Below, in pieces: positions 36,755 to 46,994 of a stretch of 64,000 bases of DNA; within the stretch, counting starts at the first letter, position 1, and the number at the start of each line of letters is the position of its first letter. Origin of the DNA: an uncultured Candidatus Micrarchaeota archaeon (GTDB lineage Archaea > Micrarchaeota > Micrarchaeia > Anstonellales > Bilamarchaeaceae); NCBI GenBank assembly GCA_963714085.1, contig OY970229.1, forward strand, positions 512,001-576,000, read 5' to 3'. A program made the translations under genes and the position numbers. The notes under the pieces are model-generated. The model did not search any database and was not told the origin of the DNA. It was given only the letters and a program-made list of their open reading frames with translations.

Positions 36755-38632
36755 ATGAGGATACTCACAGTCCACGCCGACTACATGGAGGTCGAACCGC
36801 TCACCAAGGCGATAAAGTCAGCGGAGCAGATAGAGAAGGGGAAGCAGCGCTATGACGAGGTCCTCGTGGTATTCACCGCGGTGGAGAAGGGGGACGAGAA
36901 CGTCGGCGCGATAGCCCAGAAGCTGGCGAAGGAGGTCGAAGCCGTCGCGAAGCAGGTGAAGGTGGGCAGCTTACTCCTCTACCCGCTCGTCCATCTCACA
37001 TCCAACCCCTCGGATCCGGCCACGGCCCAGAAGGTAATCGAGAAGGCCGAGGAGCTGCTGAAGAACAGGGAATACAAGGTCGCGCATGCGCCCTTCGGAT
37101 GGTACAAGGGCTACACGCTAAAATGCAAGGGCCACCCTCTGAGCGAGCTGAGCCGTGAGCTCAAGGCTTCCGGAGACGAGGGCGAGATAAAGGAGGAGAG
37201 GAAACCCGGAGAGATCGTGTCCGAGAGCCTCAAAAACGAGGAGAAGATGAAAAGCAGGTTCTACATAATGGACCTGGACGGCAAGCTCCACGACCCGGAC
37301 AAGTTCGATTACGGTGCGCATGAGGGCCTGAGGAAGTTCGCGCAGTACGAGACCAAGAAGGTGCGCGCCTACGAGAAGGAGCCGCCGCACATAAAGATAA
37401 TGAAGGCCCACTCGCTCATCGACTACGAGCCGGGCTCTGATTCCGGGAACTTCAGGTTCCTGCCCAAGGGCAGGCTCATAAAGAAGCTGCTCGAGAACGC
37501 GATAACCGATTACTGCGTGGGGTGCGGCGCCATGGAGGTGGAGACGCCAATCATGTACGACATGGCCCACCCGACGCTCAAGAAGTACCTTGACCGCTTC
37601 CCCGCGAGACAGTACACGGTGCTCAGCGACGAGAAGAAGCTGTTCCTGAGGTTCGCCGCCTGCTTCGGGCAGTTCCTCATAGCCCACGACATGGTGATAT
37701 CCCACAGGCACATGCCGCTGCGGATGTTCGAGCTCACGAAGTACTCCTTCAGGAGGGAACAGGGCGGCGAGCTGGCCGGCCTCAAGAGGCTGAGGGCGTT
37801 CACCATGCCGGACATGCACACGCTCACCGTGGACATGGAAGGCGCCAAGACCGAGTTCTGGAAGCAGCTGGAGATGAGCCTGCGATGGAACCAGGACCTT
37901 GACCTGGAGACCGAGGTGGGCTTCAGGATACTGGAGGACTTCTACGAGAAGAACAAGGACTGGTACCTGGGCATGGTCAAGAAGGTAGGCAAGCCGGTGC
38001 TGGTGGAGATGTTCAGCGAGAGGTACGCCTATTTCATCACGAAGTTCGAGTTCAACTTCGTGGACTCCATGCACAAGGCGAGCGCGCTCTCCACGGTGCA
38101 GATAGACGTGGAGAACGCGGACACGTATGACATCAGCTACGTAGACGACAAGGGCGAGAAGAAGAGGCCGCTGATACTTCACGCATCGCTGAGCGGCTCG
38201 CTCGAGAGGGTGATATACGCGCTGCTGGAGAGGGAGGCCATGAGGATAGAGCAGGGAAAGAAGCCCGTTCTGCCCGTATGGCTCGCCCCGACGCAGCTGA
38301 GGCTCATACCGGTCAGCGACGTCCAGAAGGAGTACTGCGAGAAGCTCCTCGGGCAGCTCAAGGGTAAGCGCGTGCGCATAGACCTGGACGAGCGAAACGA
38401 GACACTTGGCAAGAAGATCAGGGACGCGGAGCACGAATGGGTCCCCTACATCGCGGTCATAGGAGAGAACGAGATAAAATCCGGGATGCTCAATGTGCGG
38501 GTGCGCACGAGCGGGGAGAAGAAGGACTACAGGTTCGAGGAGCTCGTCTCTGAGATAGAGAAGCTCAGCGACGGCAAACCGTTCGAGCTGCTCTCGCTGA
38601 GCCCGTACATGTCCAAAAGGCCAGTGATATAG
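36755..38632 (+). CDS. thrS: Threonyl-tRNA synthetase (archaeal type with N-terminal editing domain)
   Basis: MRIL..HAD, APFGWYK, CKGHPLSELSR, LRFAACFG, FRREQ.GEL.GLKRLRAFTMPDMH. Confidence 0.97.
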   Translation: MRILTVHADYMEVEPLTKAIKSAEQIEKGKQRYDEVLVVFTAVEKGDENVGAIAQKLAKEVEAVAKQVKVGSLLLYPLVHLTSNPSDPATAQKVIEKAEELLKNREYKVAHAPFGWYKGYTLKCKGHPLSELSRELKASGDEGEIKEERKPGEIVSESLKNEEKMKSRFYIMDLDGKLHDPDKFDYGAHEGLRKFAQYETKKVRAYEKEPPHIKIMKAHSLIDYEPGSDSGNFRFLPKGRLIKKLLENAITDYCVGCGAMEVETPIMYDMAHPTLKKYLDRFPARQYTVLSDEKKLFLRFAACFGQFLIAHDMVISHRHMPLRMFELTKYSFRREQGGELAGLKRLRAFTMPDMHTLTVDMEGAKTEFWKQLEMSLRWNQDLDLETEVGFRILEDFYEKNKDWYLGMVKKVGKPVLVEMFSERYAYFITKFEFNFVDSMHKASALSTVQIDVENADTYDISYVDDKGEKKRPLILHASLSGSLERVIYALLEREAMRIEQGKKPVLPVWLAPTQLRLIPVSDVQKEYCEKLLGQLKGKRVRIDLDERNETLGKKIRDAEHEWVPYIAVIGENEIKSGMLNVRVRTSGEKKDYRFEELVSEIEKLSDGKPFELLSLSPYMSKRPVI

Positions 38633-40516
38633 ATGCATGGCCCTCTGGAAGCTGCGAAAGCCGCTGCAGCACCCGGAAAGGATGTGCGGCGCCGCGAATT
38701 CCCCGTGCCGTCAAAGGCCGTGGAGACGTACCAGGTGCTCGGGAGGACGCTGACCACGTCCGTATCCCGAGGCATGACCGAGGAACAGGCCCTCATAAAG
38801 GCGGTCGAAGAGAACCACGGCAAGGTATTCCGCAAATTCTACCAACAGTTCAACAAATACGAGATCGTGGCGATCGTCTTCCCGGATGCTGCGCTGGTGA
38901 AGAACGACCCGGAGTTCATCGCTACCCAGGATTTCTCCTCTTTCGGGGAGCAGGCGGAACGCATAAGGCGCATGACCATAAAGGAAGCGATGGAGTCGAA
39001 AGGAGGCGTGCACGCCTTCGACGGCAAGGCAGGCATACCTGTCCTGAAGGAGGATAACGGCGGGCTCGTGTTCCTTAGCATGGACGAGATGCTCGCCAGC
39101 GGTGGAAGGATAATGCATATCACGGTGGTCGACACGAACATCGACCCGAAGAACCTGGAGCAGTTCAGGGAAGGCGCACGGGCGCTGCGGACTGGGGACC
39201 GTGCCGCTCTCGAGAGGCTTACGAAGGCCGCTGGAGCGCACACGCAAACCAGGGAGAAGAGCATAGAGCCGCTAGCCACTTATACGGTGCTGGATGCGAT
39301 AACCGGCGAGGAGATGGGCGCCGCTGCGCTGAACTCGAAACTCGGCCGCGCATTGGAGGTCGCGCCCAGGGACGTCTTTGTCCCGGAGAACGTGCTCATA
39401 AACAAGTTCGTGGCGGACGCGGCGCGGTTGGAACCTGTCCGCACCGGACTGGCGCCGTGGGAGATGTTCTATATCGTCCCGAAGGGGCCGGACGACGATT
39501 CGGACAGGCGCTTCGCTACGAAGGTCTACAGCGTGTGCAGGTTCGGCCAATCTCAGGAAGAGGCGCATGACGCCCCCATGGAACGGCAGGGGGCTGAAAA
39601 GCAGTTCGTGAGCCAGACCGCTGTTTTCGATGCTTTCCCGGCGGTCGCGGCGACGGATGCTGAAGGGGAGAGACCGCCCCTAGCCCAGCACCCCCAGGCG
39701 ATGATGTTCGACGGCTTCGCCCCTGTGCCGAAGCCCGAAGCCGTTCCCGTACCGGCTAAGGAAAGGACTCCGAAGGAGAGGAAATCCGCCCCTGCGGAGC
39801 CCGTGCAGACCATAACCCGCGCAGATTTCGAAAGGCACGTGATAGTCCCTAAAGCAGAGACCATAATCGCAGCCCCGGGAACTGCAATCCCGAAGGCAAA
39901 CTACGGTGAACGGAATCCCCTCGTGCAGGTGATACCGGTCCAGGATAGGCGGGACGAAAGAGATGAGACGCTCCCTGGCCCGCCCCACCCTCCGAAAAGG
40001 AGAAGACGGAGAAGGAATGAAAAAACGACGGAACGGAGCCCGGCCTTCGTTCCAGAGCGCCAGGAACGCAGGAAGAGCCGGGATGGCAGGAACGAAAGAA
40101 TAAACAGAAAGCATAGAAAAACCAAAAGCCCGAAGCTCCAGGATTCGCAAAAGATCGATGCGCCAAAAAAAGCAAAGCGTAAACCCGCCGAAAGGAAAAA
40201 GGAGAAAACCGCAGGAACCGGCATTGGACCGAAGCGGGCTGCCATCGAGGCGAACAAGGCAAGAAGCGCCATCTCGGCGAAGCGGCCCGCGCCGCGGCCA
40301 AAAGCGGACCGCCCCCCTTGCATGAAAGAAAAGAGGCCCGAATCGCGTGCCAGAGCCGACCGTGTTTCTTATCCTAAGGCAAAAACCGGCAGCAGCCGGA
40401 GAGTGCCTGAAAGGAGGATGAAGAATCGGAAGAGGCGCGTGCTGCGCGAGCTTCTTCCGGCCTTCATTTCACGAAGAGCCAGGGCAGCAGGTTCATCAGG
40501 AAGGCGGCGAGCGTGA
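38633..40516 (+). CDS. Hypothetical protein with a long Lys/Arg-rich C-terminal tail
   Basis: 627-aa ORF abutting thrS; its 3' end overlaps the convergent gene by 53 nt. Confidence 0.7.
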   Translation: MHGPLEAAKAAAAPGKDVRRREFPVPSKAVETYQVLGRTLTTSVSRGMTEEQALIKAVEENHGKVFRKFYQQFNKYEIVAIVFPDAALVKNDPEFIATQDFSSFGEQAERIRRMTIKEAMESKGGVHAFDGKAGIPVLKEDNGGLVFLSMDEMLASGGRIMHITVVDTNIDPKNLEQFREGARALRTGDRAALERLTKAAGAHTQTREKSIEPLATYTVLDAITGEEMGAAALNSKLGRALEVAPRDVFVPENVLINKFVADAARLEPVRTGLAPWEMFYIVPKGPDDDSDRRFATKVYSVCRFGQSQEEAHDAPMERQGAEKQFVSQTAVFDAFPAVAATDAEGERPPLAQHPQAMMFDGFAPVPKPEAVPVPAKERTPKERKSAPAEPVQTITRADFERHVIVPKAETIIAAPGTAIPKANYGERNPLVQVIPVQDRRDERDETLPGPPHPPKRRRRRRNEKTTERSPAFVPERQERRKSRDGRNERINRKHRKTKSPKLQDSQKIDAPKKAKRKPAERKKEKTAGTGIGPKRAAIEANKARSAISAKRPAPRPKADRPPCMKEKRPESRARADRVSYPKAKTGSSRRVPERRMKNRKRRVLRELLPAFISRRARAAGSSGRRRA

Positions 40517-41624
40517 GTATCATGAGCGCCTTCACGAAATTCTTGTTCTTCATGTTCACGTCTATCACCCTGTAGCCGTCGAAGAAAGGCAGCGGCAGCA
40601 GGTTGACGGACCCGATAACGAAATTCAGGGCGAACGCCAGGCCGAGCACCAGGAGGATGGAGAGGGCGATGGACGGCGAGCTGAGCGAGAGCACTATGCC
40701 CAGATTATGCAGTATCGTCGCGTAGAGCACGAACAGCACGAAGAAGAACAGCGACGCCATGAGGTTGGAGGTCGAGCCGGCCACGAGCACCCGGGTCTGG
40801 GCGACCTTCTCGGCCTTCTCGAGCTTGCCCTCGTCCGGCTCCACGAACGCGCCTATGGGTATCACCCCGAAGAGCACGATGCCGCTGGAGAGCAAGGGGA
40901 CGCGCGCCAGCCTGCTCAGTATGGCGTGGGAGTACTCGTGCACGGCCATTATTATCACGAGAGCGACTATGCCCTCGAAGAACGGCAGGTTCACGCCCGG
41001 CAGGAGCAATGTCGCGCCGGGGCTGGTGGACGCCATGGCATTGCTGCCGGACAGCACCGTGCTGAAGAACGCGGAGAGAACGACCAGGCCGTAGTAGAGG
41101 AGCCCGACCAGGAGGAGCAGGAAGAAGCCGCCGAGCACCAGCGCGACGGTCCCGATGATCGAGATGATCGATGCCGCGGGCGAAACGCCCATCTGCTGCT
41201 GCGCCTTCTGCATCACGCTGAGCTTGAGGATCTCGGTGAAGAAGGGCAGCACGGACGGGGCCACGAAGAACGATATCAGGAAAAGGAGGCACATGCCGCA
41301 GATCACGGACTTAGGGGACACGTTGCCCCTCATCAGCGGGATGCTGAGCAGGCCGTAGGACATGGTGGTTCCGGTGTCGGAGTAGAACTTCCAGAAGCCG
41401 GCGCTCTTGGCCAGGTCGTCTATGAAATCCAACCCTTTCTGCGACCTCAGCAGTATGAGGCCCCACTCGCCGTCGAACCCGAATCTGCTGATTAGCAGCT
41501 GGCCGGTCGCGAGCATCTCGACCGCGCAGAGCGCGAACTTCCAGAGCCCGGGCACCGGGAGCTGCAGGATGAGGTAGAAAAGCGCGAATGCGAGTATCAC
41601 CACTAATGCCACTAGTTTGTTCAT
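40464..41624 (-). CDS. Site-2 protease (M50) family membrane metalloprotease
   Basis: HEYSH, GAFVEPD, AG..SN, NLLP.PFFDG. Confidence 0.92.
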   Translation of the reverse strand: MNKLVALVVILAFALFYLILQLPVPGLWKFALCAVEMLATGQLLISRFGFDGEWGLILLRSQKGLDFIDDLAKSAGFWKFYSDTGTTMSYGLLSIPLMRGNVSPKSVICGMCLLFLISFFVAPSVLPFFTEILKLSVMQKAQQQMGVSPAASIISIIGTVALVLGGFFLLLLVGLLYYGLVVLSAFFSTVLSGSNAMASTSPGATLLLPGVNLPFFEGIVALVIIMAVHEYSHAILSRLARVPLLSSGIVLFGVIPIGAFVEPDEGKLEKAEKVAQTRVLVAGSTSNLMASLFFFVLFVLYATILHNLGIVLSLSSPSIALSILLVLGLAFALNFVIGSVNLLPLPFFDGYRVIDVNMKNKNFVKALMILTLAAFLMNLLPWLFVK

Positions 41625-41677
41625 GGTTACCCCTTACGCCGACGGGGTTTAAATAAATTTGGAATCAATAAAGCGTC

Positions 41678-42166
41678 ATGAAGCTCAGCTGCGACATCTG
41701 CGGCAGGCCCGATGCCAGGGCGGTCATCCTCATAGAAGGCGCGAAGATGGTAGCCTGCGGAGGCTGCATGCGCAATGGCAAGGTCCTCTACAGGCTCGGC
41801 GACGACGCGGAAGAGGAGGCGGACCCGCGCTCGCTCCCAGTCAGGAGCTCGCCCATGGACGAGAGCGAGGAGCTGGTGGACGGCTGCGGGGCCATCGTGA
41901 AGAAGGCCAGGGAGCGGATAGGGGTCAAGCTCGCGGTGATAGCAGAGAAGATAAGCGAGAGGGAGAGCTATCTGGACGCCATAGAGAACGGGAGGATGAA
42001 GCCCACGCTCCAGGTCGCCAAGAAGCTCGAGCGGGAACTGGGCGTGAAGCTTGTCGAGAAGATGTCCCAGGAGACCGTCTCGTCATCGGACAGGCCGTCC
42101 GGGAAATTCAGCGAACCGACCCTCGGCGACGTGGTCGTGCAAGCCAAGAAGAAGAAAGGGAAATGA
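41678..42166 (+). CDS. mbf1: Archaeal multiprotein bridging factor 1 (Zn-ribbon plus HTH)
   Basis: CDICG...IEGA...CGGC, ARE..G, IENG...P, KKLE, TLGD. Confidence 0.9.
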   Translation: MKLSCDICGRPDARAVILIEGAKMVACGGCMRNGKVLYRLGDDAEEEADPRSLPVRSSPMDESEELVDGCGAIVKKARERIGVKLAVIAEKISERESYLDAIENGRMKPTLQVAKKLERELGVKLVEKMSQETVSSSDRPSGKFSEPTLGDVVVQAKKKKGK

Positions 42167-43210
42167 ATGGGCGTAGACCTCGGCGATCTCTGTGTGAAGC
42201 GCGCCATGACGCTCGAATCGCTCTCAGGCAGGGTCATCGCCATAGACGCCTTCAACGTGTTATACCAGTTCCTCGCGTCCATACGGCAGGACGACGGGAC
42301 GCCTTTGATGGACTTCAAGGGCAGGACCACCGCCCACCTCTCAGGACTCTTCTACAGGACCTCCAAGCTCATACAGAACGGCATCCGGCCGGTCTACGTG
42401 TTCGACGGCATGCCAAGCGCGCTCAAGGGCAGGACCCAGGAGGCGCGAGCGGAAGTGAAGCGCAAGGCCGAGGAGAAGTGGAAGCAGGCGCTCGCTGAGG
42501 AGAGGTTCGAGGACGCGAAGAGATACGCGTCCGGAACGTCGAGGCTCACCGGCGCCATGGTGGAGGAGAGCAAAACACTCCTCACGGGCATGGGCATACC
42601 GTGGGTCCAGGCTCCCGGCGAGGGAGAGGCGCAGGCAGCCATGATGGTGCAGAAGGGGCAGGCATATGCGGTCGGGTCCCAGGATTTCGACGCCCTGCTT
42701 TTCGGCTCGCCGGTGCTGGTGCGCAACCTGTCGATAACCGGCAGGAGGAAGGTGCCCAGGCAGGACAGGTATATCATGGTGGAGCCTGAGGAGATAAACC
42801 TCAGGGAGACGCTGGGAGCGCTGCAGATGGATAGGGAGAAGCTCATCTGGATAGGCATCCTTCTAGGCACGGACTTCAACGAAGGCGTCCCGCGGGTGGG
42901 ACCGAAGACCGCGCTGAAGATCGTGAAAGAGGTGGATACATTGGACGCGCTCCGGGCTTATCTCAAGACGAAATACGATTACGAATTCGAGGTCGAGCCC
43001 GAGAAGGTGATGGACATCTTTCTCAGGCCGAACCATGTCGATGTCGCGGAGAACCCGAAGTGGGGCGCGATAAACGAGGCCGAGGTCACCAAGATACTTG
43101 TGGACGAGCACGACTTCGCGCGCGAGCGCGTGGAGAAGATACTGGCCGACATAAAGCTCTCGTTCAGGGAGAAAGGCGCGCAGAAGAAGCTGGGCGACTG
43201 GTTCGGATAG
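42167..43210 (+). CDS. fen: Flap endonuclease 1
   Basis: MGVDL, IDAFN.LYQFL, APGEGEAQ, SQDFD, GTDFN, PIP box QKKLGDWF. Confidence 0.97.
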   Translation: MGVDLGDLCVKRAMTLESLSGRVIAIDAFNVLYQFLASIRQDDGTPLMDFKGRTTAHLSGLFYRTSKLIQNGIRPVYVFDGMPSALKGRTQEARAEVKRKAEEKWKQALAEERFEDAKRYASGTSRLTGAMVEESKTLLTGMGIPWVQAPGEGEAQAAMMVQKGQAYAVGSQDFDALLFGSPVLVRNLSITGRRKVPRQDRYIMVEPEEINLRETLGALQMDREKLIWIGILLGTDFNEGVPRVGPKTALKIVKEVDTLDALRAYLKTKYDYEFEVEPEKVMDIFLRPNHVDVAENPKWGAINEAEVTKILVDEHDFARERVEKILADIKLSFREKGAQKKLGDWFG

Positions 43211-43306
43211 ATCGGAGCGGTTTTTCTTATTCTGTGTGTTTGTTTAGCGTGAAATGTAATATGTTTATAAACACTACGTAACATTTTTTATTACAGGTGA
43301 TATGTA

Positions 43307-43762
43307 ATGACGATCAGACAGAGAATGTTAACTGCAACGGTCCTGAGCTCGCTCGCAATCGGCGCGCCGGCGTTGGCTGCTCCAAAATATAAGCAACCCG
43401 CTCCACAGGTTGAAAACGCATTGACAACGAAGTGCAGCGATTTGAAGGTCGGCCAAGAAGGTTATTCCGGAGTTACATGGAGGGCAATGTACAGCGTAAA
43501 GATTACCGGAGTGGAGAAGGCAAACCAGAAAGCGATTTCCGGGGCTACATGGAGGGAAACGGAAGTAGTAATGGTCCCAGGGACGAAAAATAAAACAGTA
43601 ACCGTGTCGGTGAAAATACCCCTAGTTTCTCAGAAACCATCACGCGCTCCTGTTACGACGTATGTAACATTAGATGGAATAAAGATAGAATGCCAACCGG
43701 ATAAAACCATGGCTACGGTTATTTCGGAAGCCGCGAATAACGCGCAATCACGTGCGAAGTGA
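43307..43762 (+). CDS. Secreted hypothetical protein
   Basis: Signal peptide ending in ALA, CAGGTGA RBS, more AT-rich codons. Confidence 0.7.
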   Translation: MTIRQRMLTATVLSSLAIGAPALAAPKYKQPAPQVENALTTKCSDLKVGQEGYSGVTWRAMYSVKITGVEKANQKAISGATWRETEVVMVPGTKNKTVTVSVKIPLVSQKPSRAPVTTYVTLDGIKIECQPDKTMATVISEAANNAQSRAK

Positions 43763-43802
43763 AAGGCTTTGCAGCGGTGGAACGGGAGGTTTTTTCTTCT
43801 TT

Positions 43803-44405
43803 TCAATGATCGGATAGCTCTATTTCCGACACTCCCTGCCGGACTATCTTCTTCTCCACCAGGTCGACCACCGCGGACGGCCCGCGGTATTTCGTTACGC
43901 CCGAATCTATCGCCAGGTCAACCGAGCTGAGTATCTTGGGGTTTATCTCCTCCAGCCTGGAGGGCGCGTCCTGGCCCGAGACGTTCGCGGATGTGGATAC
44001 CACGGGCAGGTCCGCGAGGCCGGAAAGCTCATGGGCGAAGGAATAGTCCGGGATGCGCACGCCTAGCTTGCCTTTGGCCGCAACCGGGACGTGGTTTTTC
44101 ACTCTTAGGAGGAACGTGAACGGGCCGGGCAGGTTCTTGTTGAGCACCTCGAGCTGCCACTCGTCCACCTCGCAATAGCGCCTTATCATGGGCACGTCTG
44201 ACATCGTCACGGACATGGGCTTGTCCGACTCGCTGCCCTTGATCTGGCGTATACGGTCCGCGACCTTCTGCGACAATGCGTTGCCGCCCAGGCCGTATAG
44301 AGTGTCTGTCGGGTAGATTATCACTCCCTCTGCCCGTACGACTTTTGCCGTCTTCTGGAGCGCGTCCCGGAAGTGGTACCGGCCTATGCTTATTATCTCG
44401 ACCAT
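43803..44405 (-). CDS. tsaC: L-threonylcarbamoyladenylate synthase (TsaC/Sua5 YrdC domain only)
   Basis: YPTDTLYGL, K.....KP, PGPFT, GVRIP, STSANVSG. Confidence 0.92.
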   Translation of the reverse strand: MVEIISIGRYHFRDALQKTAKVVRAEGVIIYPTDTLYGLGGNALSQKVADRIRQIKGSESDKPMSVTMSDVPMIRRYCEVDEWQLEVLNKNLPGPFTFLLRVKNHVPVAAKGKLGVRIPDYSFAHELSGLADLPVVSTSANVSGQDAPSRLEEINPKILSSVDLAIDSGVTKYRGPSAVVDLVEKKIVRQGVSEIELSDH

Positions 44406-44458
44406 ATTATCGGAGTATAGTATTCTCCACCATTTTTAACCTTTTACGTCGTTCTATC

Positions 44459-45046
44459 ATGATGCCTGATCAACCAGCCCCAGACAAGGCTTTGGGGGAG
44501 AAGGAGCGGTTCTGGCTCCAGAAATGCATAGAAGCATTCAGGGCCGAGGACTACGACACGCTCCTGAAGAACGCGCTGGAGCTGGAAAAGGCGGGCGGCG
44601 ACCCGGCCACCTCCGCCATGTACACTGGCATCGCGTATTACCATAAGGGGATGTTCGCCGAAGCCAGGAAGACGTTCTATGCCATGTACCTCCGTCAGCT
44701 CACGAAGGAGAAACATGTGGACGCCAATGTCATGTTCTACCTGGCCATGTGCGACCTCTACCTGGAGCGGCTGGACAGCGCCATACAGATACTTAAGAAG
44801 CTGGAGAGCAAGTTCCCGGAGAACGTCGATTACAAGGTGATGCTGTACCTCGCTTTCTATATGAAAGGTGATCCGGAAGATGGGGATATGGAACTCGCTG
44901 AGGCGTTCGCAATCAACCCAAAGAAAGCCGGGGAAACGCTGGAGGACATGATGCTCAAGGCCATGGAGAAGAGCGACCTCAGCGGCACCTCCAAGGTCAT
45001 GATAATGCAACTGCTGATGAAGCTGAAGAGCGGCAAGCCGGATTAA
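44459..45046 (+). CDS. TPR-repeat protein
   Basis: YTGIAYYHKGMFAEA and YLAMCDLYLERLDSA TPR-like helices. Confidence 0.8.
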   Translation: MMPDQPAPDKALGEKERFWLQKCIEAFRAEDYDTLLKNALELEKAGGDPATSAMYTGIAYYHKGMFAEARKTFYAMYLRQLTKEKHVDANVMFYLAMCDLYLERLDSAIQILKKLESKFPENVDYKVMLYLAFYMKGDPEDGDMELAEAFAINPKKAGETLEDMMLKAMEKSDLSGTSKVMIMQLLMKLKSGKPD

Positions 45047-45717
45047 TGTTTCATCGGCACCTGGGGCTCGGGCTTCACTTCACTGGCATTTTGCCGTATG
45101 GACTGCTCCGTGACCCGGTATAAATCCCTCTCTTTGGAACCGAGTCCGGTATCCTTCTGCAGCTGTTGCAGACGACCTATGAGCTCCGTGGCTTTGATCC
45201 CAGGGGCGATTATCGTCGAAAACGTCACACTGTCGTCTATCTTACCTTTCTTCGTGAGGAGTATGGTGTCCATGGTACCTATCAGGTATTTCCTGAATAC
45301 CGGATCCTCATTAGCCAATTTTATCAGCACTGCAGAAGAATTCGCCAGTAGGTTCTGGTCGAAACTCTCCATGGCGGCCCGGCTGAAGAAGTAATCCTTG
45401 AATTGTATCTGGAAATGGCCGAAGAATTCCTTGCCCGCCCTCATGTTCAGCTTCTCGTTTTCGCTGGCAGCCATGAATTTTTTGAGCGTGAACAGGCTTT
45501 CGCCGACCAGATTGAATACGACGGCCGCGTTTGTGGGGCCTGTCATGACCGTGGCCTGTTCGCTCTTGGCGAGCGAATTCGCCAGTTCCAGCTTCTCCAG
45601 CTTCGTGGGTGCAGACTTTATGGCACTCAGTCTGGATGCGATCTTCTTGAATTCGGCTTCTACCAGCCTCAGTTCAGCAGGAGTGTAATTTTTCTGGTTG
45701 TATTGGTTTTCTGGCAT
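45043..45717 (-). CDS. Hypothetical protein
   Basis: 224-aa ORF 5 nt downstream of the 412-aa ORF. Confidence 0.7.
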   Translation of the reverse strand: MPENQYNQKNYTPAELRLVEAEFKKIASRLSAIKSAPTKLEKLELANSLAKSEQATVMTGPTNAAVVFNLVGESLFTLKKFMAASENEKLNMRAGKEFFGHFQIQFKDYFFSRAAMESFDQNLLANSSAVLIKLANEDPVFRKYLIGTMDTILLTKKGKIDDSVTFSTIIAPGIKATELIGRLQQLQKDTGLGSKERDLYRVTEQSIRQNASEVKPEPQVPMKH

Positions 45718-45722
45718 AGCAA

Positions 45723-46961
45723 TCAGTCCTCGAGTGCAGAGCCACGTTCGTTCACATCGGATACTGCCAGGTTATGCGCCACCTTCAACGTCTTTGCGCC
45801 CATTTGCGCGGGCATCTCCACTGCCTCCACTGCGCGAACCGCGCTGGTGACGTTCCGGACCGCCATGACGCTCTCTTCGGCGGCCAATGCGGTTGTGCTC
45901 GCCATGGTCATAGCCGCGCCTGCCGCCGTAGCCTCGGTCGTTGCGACCGCCTTTGCGGCCCTAGCGGCGTGTTTGAGCTCTGTCAGCTCTTTCAGGGGTA
46001 TGTGCGAAATCGAACCCAGTGCCGCGCCTATGAGTGCGGCTTTGCCTGCTTCGCCGAGATTTATAAGACGGCCTTCGCTTATGCCGACAACGGCAGCCTC
46101 GGCACCTATGGCGGTCAACGAACCTGCGGCTGTCGAAACGCCCACACCGGTACCGACCGAGGCGAGCGTTGCCGTAGCACCACCGGCAACGGCAGCCTCG
46201 GCACCTATGGCGGTCAACGAACCTGCGGCTGTCGAAACGCCCACACCGGTACCGACCGAGGCGAGCGTTGCCGTAGCACCCACTTTCGCTGCCAGCGCCT
46301 CCGCCAGCATCCCTCCTGCGCCCATGCCGACCACCGTGATGACTATTCCTGCAGTCACTGCGGCTCCATTCTTGCACTCTTGCCATGCCCGTTGGTCGGA
46401 CCTGCCAATAGCGCCCGCCATCTCGGTATATGCTACTTTGTTCTCCAGGTTCAGGCTCACGACGCTGGAAAGGTCGGTGTAGACCCTTTCGACATAGGCG
46501 CTCTTTTTTCCGCCCAGCTGCTCGTCGCTCTGCCTGGCCAGCACGCCCGCATGGGTTGCAGCGTCCCTGAGGAGCCCGAGCGCCTTCTCGTAATTGTCAG
46601 ATATCTTGACGGCGTTGTCGCTCATGACCTGGGAATCCTTGCCTAGTTGGCTCATGTAAGCGCTGCCGAATACCGAACTGAGCACCCCAGCACGGGAATG
46701 TTTGTCCCGGGTGGATTCCAGGTATGACACTTGGGCTTCGAGCGATGCGGAGAAATTTTTGGCCATCTGCTGCGTGAACTCCGCTGGGTTCTTGGTCACG
46801 AATGCTTTCGCCGCATCGAGCGATTGCTGCGCCTTGGCCTCGTTGCCGAGGTGCTGGTCCTGTTGTATGCGCGCCAGGTTCGAGGTGAGCTCCCGCTGCG
46901 CAGGACTGAGCTTTTGCAAGTCGATCGCAGAAGGGGCCTGCTCCATTTGCTTCAATGCCAT
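45723..46961 (-). CDS. Hypothetical protein with a Gly/Ala-rich hydrophobic region and internal 33-aa duplication
   Basis: 412-aa ORF; GATATLASVGTGVGVSTAAGSLTAIGAEAAV occurs twice. Confidence 0.7.
   Translation of the reverse strand: MALKQMEQAPSAIDLQKLSPAQRELTSNLARIQQDQHLGNEAKAQQSLDAAKAFVTKNPAEFTQQMAKNFSASLEAQVSYLESTRDKHSRAGVLSSVFGSAYMSQLGKDSQVMSDNAVKISDNYEKALGLLRDAATHAGVLARQSDEQLGGKKSAYVERVYTDLSSVVSLNLENKVAYTEMAGAIGRSDQRAWQECKNGAAVTAGIVITVVGMGAGGMLAEALAAKVGATATLASVGTGVGVSTAAGSLTAIGAEAAVAGGATATLASVGTGVGVSTAAGSLTAIGAEAAVVGISEGRLINLGEAGKAALIGAALGSISHIPLKELTELKHAARAAKAVATTEATAAGAAMTMASTTALAAEESVMAVRNVTSAVRAVEAVEMPAQMGAKTLKVAHNLAVSDVNERGSALED
46088..46280. repeat. Tandem direct repeat, two identical 94-bp copies, 99-bp period
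   Basis: CAACGGCAGCC...GCCGTAGCACC at 46088-46181 and 46187-46280. Confidence 0.93.
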
Positions 46962-46994
46962 GGAGTTCTTTTTGTGCGCAACTTATTTTAATCC

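Noticed and set aside
37118..38638. 506-aa minus-strand ORF and similar long antisense ORFs over the thermosome, polX and AAA genes
   Set aside because: Antisense shadows expected from GC-rich third codon positions in well-supported genes
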